DNA of 50,203 nucleotides from contig LVLI01000612.1 of NCBI GenBank assembly GCA_001687465.1, positions 1-50,203 on the forward strand, in the 5' to 3' direction. Shown here in pieces: positions 12,701-26,000 of this stretch. The DNA is from Halocafeteria seosinensis. Taxonomy: Eukaryota. Made by a program: the position numbers and the translations under genes. The first letter of the stretch is position 1; each line of letters opens with the position of its first letter. A model generated the notes under the pieces. It ran no database searches, was not told where the DNA came from, and was given only the letters and a program-made list of their open reading frames with translations.

Positions 12701-15700
12701 ATGAACGACGAGAAAAATTTAAAGAAGGGCATGTTGACCATATTGCTGCTCTCCGTGCTGGTCCTGGCTCCACTAGTGCAGCGGCGCTCCGTCGAGACAG
12801 GTGGGATGCGTGCCGATGTTCGCGTTGAGAAGGCTGCTGATTGGACTAAACGCCCGATTTATCATCCGAGGCGAAGGCAGGTAAGGACAAGAGTATATCT
12901 TAGAAAAATGAACGATATCGTTCACTGCTACATCCATTTTAGCTTCTTTTGCTTCGTGTTCTGACTCAGCCGAGTTCGTCGGACACGTCGAGAACAACTC
13001 AGACCAGCTCGGAACGAGAGATGGGGCTAGCTCACAGTCTTGACTCCTTGGCAATGCTCAATGGAAATCGAGAAGTGCATCATATTCAGGACATGAGTAG
13101 ACGATTGAGTCCCGCGTCGAGGGATTCGAATTTGACCGACTGTGGACGGGAATATTGTGCAACTGCTGAGTACCATCCCTTTGTAGAATTTGACGAAGCC
13201 ATTCCAGGATCCACTTCCGGAGAGATAAATCTTACAGTACAAAGCGCCAATGGAGAAGAACCAAGCTTCTATTTTACTTGTAATACTGGCAATTTTGAAG
13301 CAACCAAAGGATTGTACTTCGCTTGTGATCCGCGATACGATGGCACGGGCTTAGCCGTTGGCCCTCCTGTGGTGCCATCGTCCCGAGTGGCCAACATCAC
13401 CACCTGTGGCAGCGCCTCCAACGACTGTCGCGAATACCACTACCGAGTATCCGTCGCATTGAAAAAGGACATTGAAGATCTTATCTCTAGACACTATGCG
13501 ATTCATGAAGAAAACGACGAACTCTCAGAGTGGGAAATGGAGAGCATACTCGTTCCTACGTCTATGAACGTAGCATTGGACGGCGAAGCTATTGCGCAGG
13601 TGAACCAAAATATTACCATAAATGCCAGCAATGTTGTTCCAAAAAGTTCAGTTACGAACGCTGAACATGCTTCTTCAGTCGCACCAAATCCTTTGGAACT
13701 GTATTTTACGCGGCGCGAAGGAACTCACGGAAAGATATGGAAACCCATAGTACTCACTGTCGCTTCAAACACTCATGTTCGGTGGGCCACCCGGGAGGAC
13801 ATCTCTGGCTTCGTCCATGTACCATTTGAGGAAATGTACCAGGAAGCAGGCGTTGCCGTGGTTGAGACGAATGTGTCTGTTGAAACCGACAAGGCTCCTG
13901 AGAGACGGACTCATTCGATGTTGTTCGTTTCGTTTTTCGACCAAGTGGGAGCGCACTTAAAAGACGTGCTTGTCGAGTTCGTGTTGACGGTAAAACAGGC
14001 AAATGTCGATGTCGAGGCACATTCCTTGAATGTCTATCAAAGCCTCTCAGAAAATACTCTCTCTAGATCATTTATGCTTTACAATTTCGGAACCGCCAAC
14101 ATGAGTTGGAATATGACTGTTTTTTGGAGTGACGGTTCTAGGACTAACATTACTAACCAGTTTCTATGGATTCCAAAGGACTCAGGAAGCGTCAGACCTT
14201 CCAATAAAGAGAATGTGTGGTTACAGTTCTCAAAAGAAACTGCCACATCCGAGTCTTCGTCAGCTTGGTTGCTCGTAGAAACGGATGCTTGGAGCAGTTT
14301 AAGATTGCCCGTCGACAGCAGCTTCCAACGGGAATTTTCTCTCTGGAATAGCACGGAACTGTCGTCGGTCCATTTTTGGGTATATATTCGATATACGAGG
14401 TCATCAGTCTTCTTGTGCAGAGACTATCCACAAACTATCACTCTGGAGCCTGGACAACGAAGTGCATATAACTTGAGCGTTGTGAATATGGGAGATGAAG
14501 ACATGCAGCTGAAAATAAGTAGAGTCATGTTACAGCCTACCGATGTCGCAGTCACGACTGTCCAAGGAGTCGAATCTTCCACAGGCAATCGTTTAAACTC
14601 TCCCACTGAACTCGCACTAAACTCGAGTCAAGACAATGGTCTACGACTTGCAAATTGGATGGTGATTACGCCGCAAAGTTTTCCTCTACGACGAAGGGAG
14701 ATCAGACACATGAAAATTCTCCTAAAATACCCGGATGTGAGTCTTACAGTACCCACTTTGGAGAGCAATGACCCTGAACTGGTTAGGCCCGGTGCGTATA
14801 GAGTGGTCCTCAATTTCGAGGGGCAGTTTCCCTCTGACAGCAACACTGATAGCTTCGAAGAGCAAGTTACCTTCGCTCATGTACCCGGCAGAGTGTCTCC
14901 AAGCGATTCTACCGTCTCTATAACCGGTAGTGAAAATGTGCAGGCTGGTCAGGAGCGACAAGGAGAAGTCAAACTCCGAGATGTGTTCGGAAACTATCCA
15001 ACCCTGGCTCGGCTCCGCACTTCCGATTGTTCTCATTCTAACGAAAAACAACAAATTCCCACGTTGTGTATATTGATGAAGACAGACTCCAAACAGCAGT
15101 CCCAAACACCAGCAGAGCTCAGTTTAAACAACACAGGCGACCTTGTCTCCTCTCTAACCTTCCACATCGATTTCAAGGCTCAAGGATCCGCTACCCTTGT
15201 TGTGAAAATTGGCGGAAAAGATATCCAGCATTCTCCATTAGAGTTTAACATCGACGAAAAGAAGTGCGGCGGTGACGGCGAGGAGAATGATGAGCAGGAA
15301 TGCAAATGCAAACCGGGCTACAAACGAAGAGCTAGGGGAAAGTGCGAGCAATGTGATCCAGGAGAGTTCCAACCTGAGCCATCAAACACTGAGACATGCC
15401 TAGTTTGTCAGAGTGGATATTTCTCCAACACTGGGAGTACAAGATGTTCGTCCTGTCCTAAGCAGGGATTGACGTGCAATGGCGGAACAATAAAAATGGA
15501 GAACGGTTTCTGGTGCGAAGCATGCGTGGCCCATAAATATCCCCGAACACATATAATAGAGCAGATAGTCCGGAATGATACAGAGCCAGTCTTCCACAAG
15601 TGCAGTCCCGCAGCTGCGTGTAAAGTCAATTCCAGTAGCCTCGCCACTGACTGTGCAAACGGGTTTGAAGGACCGATATGCAGTCAGTGCTCTGATGGTT

Positions 15701-18700
15701 ACGCTAAAACAAATAGCGGTGTATGTGCTCCTTGCCGTAGTACTCTCGAAAACGCTGTGCTTGTCTCCGTTTCAGGACTAGCTATTTTGATTGTCATCAT
15801 TGGTATTGCCTACCGCGCACACGAAGACGCGACGGCGACTAAGGAGGATGAGGTGCTCGAAAGGGATTTCGTAGAGTCAGGTGATCGAGATGCATCGCCT
15901 CAGAATGAAGAACAAAATAGTTATACAAACAAAAGTGAGGAGTATTCAAGGAAAGAAAAATCGAATGGTGAACCACCTCAGGATGAAGACAGAGAGAGTC
16001 ATCGGAATACATGTATAACTGAAGAGTGTACAGGAAACGGGAACGGATCTGATACTCTTTGCACAACCGGTCGGGATGAATCAAGTCAGAAAGAAGACAA
16101 AGAAGGTCTTTCCAACGAAAACGAAGAACCTTCGGGAAGGGACGAAGAGTCTAGTATCCTCGCTGTCTGCGATCGGGATGAATTAGCGCCAAATAACGAC
16201 CAAGGAAGTCCAACCAAGGGGGAGCAGATTTCAGGTATTTTCGATGTCCAGGATAGGGAAGAATTACCACAGAATGAAGAGCAAGAATCTTCTGACAATG
16301 GTGAGGACGTTTCAGGGAAAGAAGAGGAATACCATCTTCCGTCCTTCCAGGACCAGGACAAGGTACAAAAACGTCAAGGCGAAGAACTTGCGAGAAAGGA
16401 CAAGGAATCCGACATTCTCCCAGCTCAGTCATCTTTATACAATATTAAGTCATTTCAGCATGCATTCTTGGTGTACATTGATTATCTGCAAATCGGGCGT
16501 ATTCTGAACTCTATGGAGATTTCACCGTTCCGAGGGATTGCGGCGTGGATGAATGGTGCCACTTCGACGTCTACAATGAACCCAGCTGAGGCCGGACCTT
16601 TTCGCTGCGTTACTGGTGTGGAACCATTTCACGTGGCTTTGTTAACTATGTCTCTCCCTCTTATTATTGTCATTCTTGTGTTTGCGGTAATCGGGGTAAT
16701 TGAAGCTGGCTCAAGATACAAAGATAGTTCTCCACGGCGCGAAGTGTGTTTCAGATGGCTGAGGACATCGACATGGGCTGTGATCCTACTGCTCAACTTA
16801 ATTTATATGACTGTGACGATGTCAACTCTGAGGAGTTTGGAAAAATATCCGCGGGACATATACGGCTCAGAAAGAGCTAGCCTGGACGTCAGTATTCACA
16901 CCGAAAGTCTTAAGTTTGCATTGCTTCAAACGGTTGCTTTCGTCGTCTTAGGCATCTTTGTGCTAGCATATCCTTGTTTGCAAGCAGTATATTTTTCGTG
17001 GAGCTTTTCAAGGATTCGTAATGCCACTGAAGCGCTAAAGTTCTGGAAATTAACAGGAGGGTATCAGCTGAAGTCCTATGGGTTTCTCTGGGAGGTTGTT
17101 GTCATGCTGAGGAAATTATCCATGGTTTTGGTGTCAAGGTTTTATACGGGGGAACGTGGTCAATTCACGTTGACTACATTACTGTTAATCATTTCGTACA
17201 TGCAAGCACTGACGCAGTCTCCATATATCGACAAACCTGTTAACCGTTTGCAGAATCTTCTTGTGCTAGTCTCTATCATCAACGCGGGCCTTGGATTAAT
17301 TAGAAACGAGGTGACTCGATATGCATCTTTGTCAGTTTCTATGACGGCAGCCTCTACTGAGAATGTTGACAAACTTGTCATCAGTGTGCAACTTCTCTTT
17401 ACTGCCGCCACGCTTATGGTTGTCTTTTACCTTTCACCGCGGGCCATGAAAGCGTTTAACAGAATGCTCTTACCATATCTCCGGAAATTTGCTGCTTGTA
17501 TCCTGACATTTCTTTCCCTCCTGGTATCCGGTTGTGATCTTCTATGTACTCCGAGCGAATGGGCAAATGCCTGCAAAAGTTGTCTAAAGAGCACACGTTA
17601 TTATTGCCATCCAAGAACGTGTAGCAACTCCTGCAAACGGTGCCTTAAGAGTACGGGGTACTATTGCCATCCAAGGACATGTAAAGCAATGATTATGAGC
17701 TGCAAATGTGAATGTAGGCTGCCTTCGCGCTCCGCATTAATGAATCTATGCTACGGGTGTAAAAGGTGTAGAAACTCCTGCAAAAGGTGCTTTGAGAGCA
17801 CGGGGTACTATTGCCATCCAAGGACGTGTAAAGCAATGATTATGAGCTGCAAATGTGAATGTAGGCTGCCTTCGCGATCCGCATTAATGAATCTATGCTA
17901 CAGGTGTAAACAGCGCTGCAAACCTCCCCCTCTCCGGCATATCCTTTCAAAGTGCTGGGTAGGCATATTGACTGTGGTTTGGTATTTATCCTACTGGTGC
18001 AATCCGAAAAGCTGCAGCAAGCCAACCATAACTTGTCCGAAATTAGCGTCAAATTGTAGTACTACGGGCTTATTACAGAAGTGTAATCCCAGGAATTGGA
18101 CCATGCCTCAAGTGTCATGTCACAAATGCTGTTCGGAACTCCGAAGGCTAAGTTGGAGTGTACTTTCCTCATGCAACCCAAGAAATCATACCTGTCCGAC
18201 CATTGCATGTGAGAAACCGAGACTCAGTTGCTCCATAAAAAATTGTCTTCGCCGATGCAACCCTAACAACTGCACTGTCGCATGTAACGCTTGCTTACGG
18301 GAGATGAAGGCGGATATCGCAACTACGACGTGTAACCCGAGGAATTGGAGAAAGCCAACGACACAGTGTCGATATACTTGTAAGAAACCCAGCGATATGT
18401 ATTGTATGCAGAGGTGTCGTTCGCGCGACTGTACAATGCGAAATTGTCTTAAGAGTTCGGATGACAACCAGGGCAAATCAAGCAAATGCACTTGCAAAAA
18501 TAGCCGGTGGTGCAGGTGCGACTCTACAGGATGCTGTAGGAGCTGCCGACAGTGGTGGCTGGGAGTATCAGTCTTGCCTTTGTTTTGCAAGCGACATTGT
18601 TGCCGAAGCCATTTACGGAAGAATTCTCGGAACGAAGAGGACGGTCCTGTCTCTGGAATGAACCCGTTGCAAACTGCTACAACAGGAAACCCATTAAGAA

Positions 18701-19026
18701 CCGCAAATGGTAAAGCTGGAAGTGATGCTAGGAGCTCCTCTTTTTCTGTTAGTTCACAGTACTATTTGAGTAAAGCAAACTTGGAAAAATTGAACCGGCC
18801 ACGGAATAGGGCAAAAGAAAGAAAGCAACTAATGCAACACAGTTCAGGGAACCGCGTTCCAATGATGAAGAAAAAGGTGGAATTTGGTCAAACCGTTAAA
18901 CAAAAGCCGATAAACACTTCAGATAACGAAGTGGTTGATACGCAGCAGCTTCCATCGGATGTCCAGCAGATGCTCCAGGAGAGGTGTACGGATAGTTCAG
19001 ATGCAGAATCGAATAGAGCATTCTAA
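12701..19026 (+). CDS. Large (~2080 aa) multi-pass membrane protein: putative signal peptide, beta-rich/filamin-Ig-like ectodomain, Cys-rich EGF/TNFR-like segment, about 7-9 TM helices, Cys-rich tail
   Basis: 2025-aa ORF 12949-19026. A probable first exon 12701-12880 (MLTILLLSVLVLAPLVQ) with GTAAG donor joins in frame. IGGKDIQHSPLEFNI is filamin-like. CKCKPGY..CEQCDPGEFQ..CQSGYFS is Cys-rich. Hydrophobic helices lie between about 15750 and 17530. The first exon is less certain than the rest. Confidence 0.75.
17570..17910 (+). repeat. Coding tandem repeat, 147-bp (49-aa) unit x2 plus a partial 57-bp copy
   Basis: AACTCCTGCAAA...TATTGCCATCCAAGGAC..TGTAAAGCAATGATTATGAGCTGC...GCATTAATGAATCTATGCTAC starts at 17626 and again at 17773. 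Confidence 0.9.
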
Positions 19027-19639
19027 CACGTCTACATGCCTTCTTGCTTTTAGGTTGGTAGGGTTCGACCTCAAGTCAATCAAGTGATTTCAGCAGGAAG
19101 ATCTCAAAGCCACTGACCAAGAATCGTTCTCTGGCCACTATGTAGGCTTTGGTCTATTTTTCCCTCGCTTGTTTCTTGGGTTTGGGGCTTAGCCAAGGCT
19201 TCGATTTGTATACAATTGTCTTGGTATTGCTTCTACCGGAAGAGTGTAGTCTACGTACAGTACTATGCTACCATGGTAGGCCCTGAGGAGTGACTCTCAC
19301 GTCTCCGTACGCATCACCAAAATAGTTCACCGGCGACACCCAGACCCGCTTGTGTGCGTCAACGTGACAGCCAAGTACAAAATTTGTAGTCAGTTGGCAG
19401 CAGCCAGCCGTCGTCGTGTGAACCACTCGGGTTCTAGGTTGCTGTACAGTACTACCGCTTCTCGTAGTGACATACACACACTTAAAACCGCTTAGAGATG
19501 GTGATAAGCAATTGCTAGGGGAGATCTTTGATCAAATTAGAAACAAGCGGAAAGGAGCCTGGCGCTTCTAAGAAACTTCTGTTCTGTCACCAAGAAAGAA
19601 AAGCACCCACCTCGCCGGAGCGTTTCATGTACACACGTA

Positions 19640-21165
19640 ATGCCTCACTTCAGAGCATGTAGAGCCAGAACCCTGTTGGAAAGGATTGCTCTAGTATTTT
19701 GCTTGACGATCTCGCACACCAGCGCATCGAAGGAAGAGGGCGAGGACCTCCGAGAATCGATACGGGCTGGACTGGAGCCTTGTTTCCGCCACAGCCAGAG
19801 CACCTTGGAGCGTGCCCCACGGTTTGAAATGAATTGCTCGCGCATGTATTGGAAAGCGTCTGGCTACAACGGAAGTACTTTCATTTCTCTGAAAGCTAAC
19901 GAGGAGTTTGACGGACACAATGGAGAGATCGACTTGGAAGGAATCAACGGTTTCCAAGGTCTCATCGCAGTGGAAAACGACAATGTCACCTCATTCAAGG
20001 ATGCTCCTCTCATTCACAGGGTGCATATTAGAAGTGGATCTACAAGTACATCTGGTGGCTTCATCGTTAGAGAGAAAGCCCAATTTGTGGAAGTTGATGC
20101 TTGCAGCAGTTCTGGCATAGTCAACGGGTCCACTCGACCGCCATCGCCGGCTATCAGTGGAGGCGGTATATGTGGGCGCTTATGCGGATTAAATGGAGAG
20201 ATATTAATTTCCAATTGCTCTTCGACAGGGGTGGTGCAAGGTGTCAAATCAGGAGGTATTACTGGTGACCGTTTGGGGGAGCAGGGTCACGCCACTGTTG
20301 TTGATTGTTTCGCTACGGGAAATTTGGAGGGTATCAATTCCGGCGGAATATGTGGTCAATATTGTGGCCGAAGAGGAGTACTTTCTATTCAACAGGCCGC
20401 ATGCGTGGTATCAGAAGTGGGGGCCTCGTTGGCATAATAAGTGCCCAGTCCGGGGGAGTAGTCGAGGTTTCGAGCTCCTTTTCTACGGGCACCATAGACG
20501 GTTATAGGAGCGGGGGAATAGTTGGTGTGGATGCCGGTTTCAATGGGGGAACTGTACGTATCTCAGATAGTTACTCTACGGGAGCAATAGCTGGCCAAAA
20601 AGCGGGAGGAATTTCCGGCGAGGGCGCGGGCAAAGATGGTGGCTCCGTCTACGTGAATAGGACCTATGCTTCAGGCAACATCATTGCCCAACATGGAGGT
20701 GGAATCATCGGCGGTATTTACAATGGAACTGACGCTGACTTTTCCGATCCACCACGGGACATAGTGATTCAATTTTCGGTGCACTCATTTCCGGGCCCTA
20801 TGGTAGGACACAGAAGGTCCGTAGAGCCGAATGTACTAGGCACAAAAGGGAATTCTGCCGACTTAGCAGATATTCGCGGCCAACTTTACCATCAAGATGG
20901 AAGGCAGAAATGGTCAGAGGACGAATGGGCGATAGTTCACCCCAATGAACTTCCTGTTCTGAAATTTCAGTTGCCGATTCCGTCGGTTACGCCGTCGCCA
21001 ACACAATCTTGCAGGCCTTTACGCACTAGTTCTCCGACCACAACCAGAATGCCAACGACACCTCCCTCAGCCACTCAATCGCCCAATTCAGGATTAGAAG
21101 CTAACAAATTTATCGCGGAAGTCACGGTGCAATCTGGGGATCGAAGTGTTTTCGACGCTGGCTGA
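19640..21165 (+). pseudogene. Secreted Gly-rich (GLUG-like, S/A-T-G...GGIxG) repeat protein with Pro/Thr stalk, frameshifted at about 20385-20396
   Basis: Signal-like N-terminus (IALVFCLTISHTSA). The repeat series continues across overlapping ORFs 19640-20437 and 20305-21165. No intron signals at the shift. It could be a real lesion or an assembly collapse. Confidence 0.7.
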
Positions 21166-21718
21166 TTTCGAGACTGTTTCACCAACAAGGCGTTGCGGAA
21201 TTTTCGAAAGCTGACGATGACCAAACGGTCTATCACGTTGATGCGCTACAACGTGAAGATGTTAGAGCGTTTTCGAATAGGATTCACCCCCACATGGCCT
21301 AGCGTAGCATGTAGACTAGAGCAATACTACCAGGTAATACCATACAGAAACTGGAAACAATCAGGATAATTAAGGTGCAGCAATGCATCCAAAAACAAGA
21401 CACACAGAATTCAATCAACTTACGGTCTGACAAAACTCGTGCGACTTGTGTAATTTCATGCTCGGTGTTGCCCCGTATTCGTTGACAGTTGTTGGCTCAG
21501 GAACTTCCGAAGTTCCGACGGAAAGACTTGCGGGACGCAGTACGTTAACCAGATTTTGGTCCCGGCCGGGCCGTCAGCCCGGATAAAGGAAAAAATACGG
21601 TTACTTGTCTGTATTAGCCTTGATTCAGAGTGTATTCCCGATCTGACAAATGGTTTAGAGAGTTTATTGAAGTGTCTACTGGGATCCCTAAAGAAAGAGT
21701 GTGAAACAGCAGTGGGTG

Positions 21719-22993
21719 ATGTCGAAAAGTGCAGCTTTTTCCCCGGCCGCCCTTCACCAAAAATCGGCGGCAGAGTCCAATAACGCTTATTTCGACGCTC
21801 CACAGGGCGGAGCGCCTGAATCCAGGCATAGAATGTCTTCTACTATGTCTGCCGGAGCCGGTGCCGCCTCTGGCCACGACCGGGCGATGATGATGATGCC
21901 GTCAGAAGCCAATAAAGGCGATTCTGGCGAGGGTGGAAACAGCGAGCAAATCCGAAAATTGGATCCCATTCTTCGTGGAGGCTACAAGGTGGTGTACGAC
22001 CGTGAAGTGCCCGTAGAGGTTCGCATCCAAGAGGGGGAGGAAGCGCCCCAAGAAGTTGGTACATTGGAAGCACTTCGAGCCAAAGTGCTCTGCAAACCGG
22101 ATGGGCGCGGATCCATTAACACCGTTCGGGTACAGCTCTCTTCGGAGACGGACCTCTTTTTCCACTACCTCCATGAATGCACCCCCAAGGATTTTCAAGA
22201 AATTCGAGATGAACAGGAACTCATGGTCGAATTCGATGATTATCCGGGAGTTCTCGCCAAATCTTTGGCAGATTCCGTTCGGGAACCGCATAGGTACGTT
22301 ACGTCTGTGGGTAAACCCACAGCTAGCTACTTGAGACGCTTCGTGTTGTTTTCTTGATCCCTCCTGTTTTCTTTAGAATTTTGATGTCTCCCCGTTTGCT
22401 ATGTGTACCAAGGCTTTGCCTACGTTCACAATTGGTTTGATTTGATGTTTCAACAGTTTCCTTGCTGTCTTTGTCATGGACCGAGAAGGTCATGCTAGAC
22501 TAGACTTTATACAGGTATGGAAAAGATCTGACAATCGGTTTACTTGTAGTTTCCGCTTTTTAATATTGAACGTGGAATGTCTTTGCCGCAGAATTTGGAG
22601 TATAAGTTTATAGAGTTGCTATCTATCAACTTTGAACGATCCTCGGACGAGATGATACGGGAGCATATCATATATAAACACAACGCGCTCAAATCGAGAC
22701 TTACCATGGTGGAGAATCAATTTCAAGAAGTGATGCAGGCAATCAGATCGAAACACCCTTCTTTATTGCAATCCGTAAGACGGAATCTTTTTTTCATTGC
22801 TTAGTGTGTCCGGTTGATATGTCAATCTCATTACTATTTGCAGCTACCACAAACCGTCACTCCTGATGAAGCTGGGGCAGGGGATGGTCACTTTGCAGAT
22901 TCGCAACATCAAGCACGGACACCAAATGACGTGCAGCATCACAGTAATGGAAGAGGAAACAGCTATCTTGGCTTATCCAGGTCTCATCAATAA
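21719..22993 (+). CDS. SAS6L: SAS-6-like protein (short SAS6L type); 4 exons (21719-22293, 22457-22514, 22592-22774, 22844-22993)
   Basis: SAS-6 head: YDREVPVEVR..EVGTLEALRAKVL..QLSSETDLFFHY..FQEIRDEQELMVEF..EPHSFLAVF..ARLDFIQNLEYKFIELLS. A short coiled coil ends KHPSLL. The long coiled coil of canonical SAS-6 is absent. Confidence 0.85.
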
Positions 22994-23073
22994 ATGAGGC
23001 TACTTCGTGTCCATTGTTCGAGAAAAACAGAGCACTTGTCCATTACTGTCTATAATACTTGTGGAAAAGTTTT

Positions 23074-26000
23074 CTACCCTTCTGAAGTAGGTTTCTTTTT
23101 CTTCCCGAACACATTACTAAATACTCCTTTTAACGTGGACCTGAACTCACTAGCGAATTGCTTGGTAGAGTGAGCAGCACTCTCGGCTCTGTCCTTCGTT
23201 GCCACCGCTGAGTACCCCAGCGAAGCAGCATGCCTTTGCACCTGAGTGGACACTTTCTCAAAGGCGATAATTCCAGCATTCTTTTTAGAAGCTACATTCT
23301 CGATTCCCGGTAAAGCAAACGCAGACACACACCCCTGGGAGCAGCCAACGAAGAAATATCCCCGGGAGTCACTCTTTGAGATGCTGCACACTGGTGAATT
23401 TGTAAAGAAATGAACGAGGGGCTGCAACTTCAAGGCATCAAGTAAGACCACGTTTCCTTGCGAATCGCCAATGGCAAGAGTTTCACTTGGCCCATGCCCA
23501 TAGGAACCTTCCGACGGCCCAGAAAACGGGGACGCATCGCACGTGCCAGTCTCGGAGGGGTTGGAATCAAGTACGTTAGTACACGTGATAGATGCATGAT
23601 GAGAACGGTTCTTTGCTTTGATAGCCTTCCCGTGCGAATGAGGATGCTTCCATTTCAAAGGAGACGAAGTGACACGTTGGTCAATGTCCTCTCGGGATAT
23701 GTAGGATATCGCATACCCATCCTCCGGAGAACCAGTGGAGGATGGTGCGAACCCATCCCACACGAGAACAACCGCGTTCTTACAGACAAATTCCGCAGAG
23801 ACGCACTTAACTTGCGATGCACAGTGTTCCACACCACCCAGCTGCTGATCGGCCCATTTCCAGCACTTTAGCGGTCTTGACCGACCAAGTTCGTAGAGCC
23901 ATGCTTCACCCACATACCCAACAACAACGGCATCATACTTTGCACTGACGGAAACGCGTGTCACTTTACTTCCTCTAGATGGGGGAGGGTACTCCATATG
24001 AGGGCGAGTAGGCGCCATTGGTTGCGACAGCGAAACAGTTGATAATAACCCCGTACTCACACTTCGCCTTGAGCGAACACGTCCGGAGTCCTGTGACTCA
24101 CTTCTCTTGTCCTTCGCAGACAGTGAGCCAAACCCATCGTGTAAACTAAGAATGGGCCAAATCTGTACTCCACCATCAGCAAAGCCAGCAGCTATAAAGG
24201 ACCCGTCATCCACAATAGTTAAGGCAGTAACTTTGCTATTTACGGGACATATGTCCATTCCTGCGGTAGCGGTTCCATCATATGGGTCGATAGCCAAAAC
24301 TCGGATACCTGTGGAACCACCGGCATTCGTCGCCATGATATTTGCTCGGGGACTAAATGAGACACAGAAATCAGATGGTACATCGTTTCGCACCTCTTCG
24401 TCTTGTGACGATACACTCTCAACTTTCAAAGACAAGTCAGTAGGAACAGAGTTGTCAAAAATGGACCGAACGGAACCCTCGGCGCTCATATACAAATTGC
24501 CTGTGGGGGGGAATGCTATTTCCGGAGGGCACGACGACCATTTAAGGAGCTCATCAGCATGTGACGTATTGCAAATTAAACGCAAGCGTTCCAATTGCTC
24601 GCTTTCAATGGAGCTCTTTGCCACTTGTTTAAGCGTCTTACACAACAGGGACCATGTTAACTGCTGACAGAAGGCTAATTTATTTTCTATACCTTGTCGT
24701 ATGGCGTAGTTTTCAACGGTTTCATCATGTATGTACGCTTCCTCTTCAGCCTCAGGTCTGGATAACCAGCGTTTCCAGGGGATATCCGGTAAGGGCGACA
24801 CGGGAACAAAGTTCTTCTCGTTTTCGCTGGAGCCATACAGAACTGTTAAACCAAGAGCCGCAAGGTTAAGAGAAGAATCAACGCAGATGCAGCGACCTTG
24901 CCCGTTTGGAACAGCTTGTGTATACGCTATATCGCGCATCCCTTGAGCCCTTGCTGTATCATGCAACCACGGGGACTTGAAGGGACCAAAATTTTCCATA
25001 CCAAGCTGATTTTCCTTGGCTTTGAAGGGTTGATTGAACTTGCTGAGGTCCAATGTATACGACATCTCGTTGGCGAGGCAATAGGAGTACCACTCCCGGT
25101 AGTCACTAGTTTCATTATACGCTTCAAAACGCTGAACATTGTCACCGTACTTCTCCAATTCCTTAAAATACGACTGGAGATCGGGAACCACGAATGTGGC
25201 AAACGGCGAATCCACTGACCATAAAGAGTTTACATGCATTTGTCTTGCTTTCGATTGCTTCCCCGAATCACTATCCTTGTGGACGCTTAGGTAACAATGA
25301 GAAAGCGGGGCATGCGCACGCATAGATGGCTCCGCTGAATTGACAAGACTTTCGTGAACACATACGACAGAGTCCAAGGTCGGCGCAGTCAAGCCACCAG
25401 TGAATTCTTTTAGCGCTTGAGAAGACAGGTCCTCCACCGCATCACCTGCTTCAGCGGCCCGTGAAGCTTTTTCGGGGGGAAGCAAAGTAACCATGCAACC
25501 CAAAGCAACATATTTCGCAGGAGGTAGAGGTACCCATACCGCCATGCTCTCGCCGTTGGCACCCGTGGATGCAAAACGAGCTTGCAAGCGAAAGCCTAAG
25601 GGAAAGGCGAGCGGAGCAGGGGCATTTGCATTAGCGTCCTGATATTGTAGTACGATATCTCGAATATCACTTATCCCATCAGAAAATATCATGGCAGAAG
25701 AAGTCGGCTTCGCAGATCCTACACTAACCACATCTCCAATTGAGAACCCATATATCTTATCATCCATTCGGTGAGGCCAATCATCTAGACTTGCATTAGG
25801 GCTGGCTGCTGTTGAGGAGGCAGTTCTGTATCTCATTAGGTCTTCCATCGGTAGAGTTGCAAGAGGCCTCCAGAAGCTAATGCCCTCTAAAACAGAAACG
25901 TGAAGAAGCTTGTGCTTGTACGTAGGAGCAACAAACAAGTGCGAACACCGTGCTGGCCGAGGAGTATCTTGTTTTCGTTCCCTACCACGCGACTCTGTAA

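Noticed and set aside
12211..12828. Overlapping short ORFs upstream of the large membrane protein (possible degraded gene)
   Set aside because: No recognisable homology, and the frames could not be joined by convincing introns.
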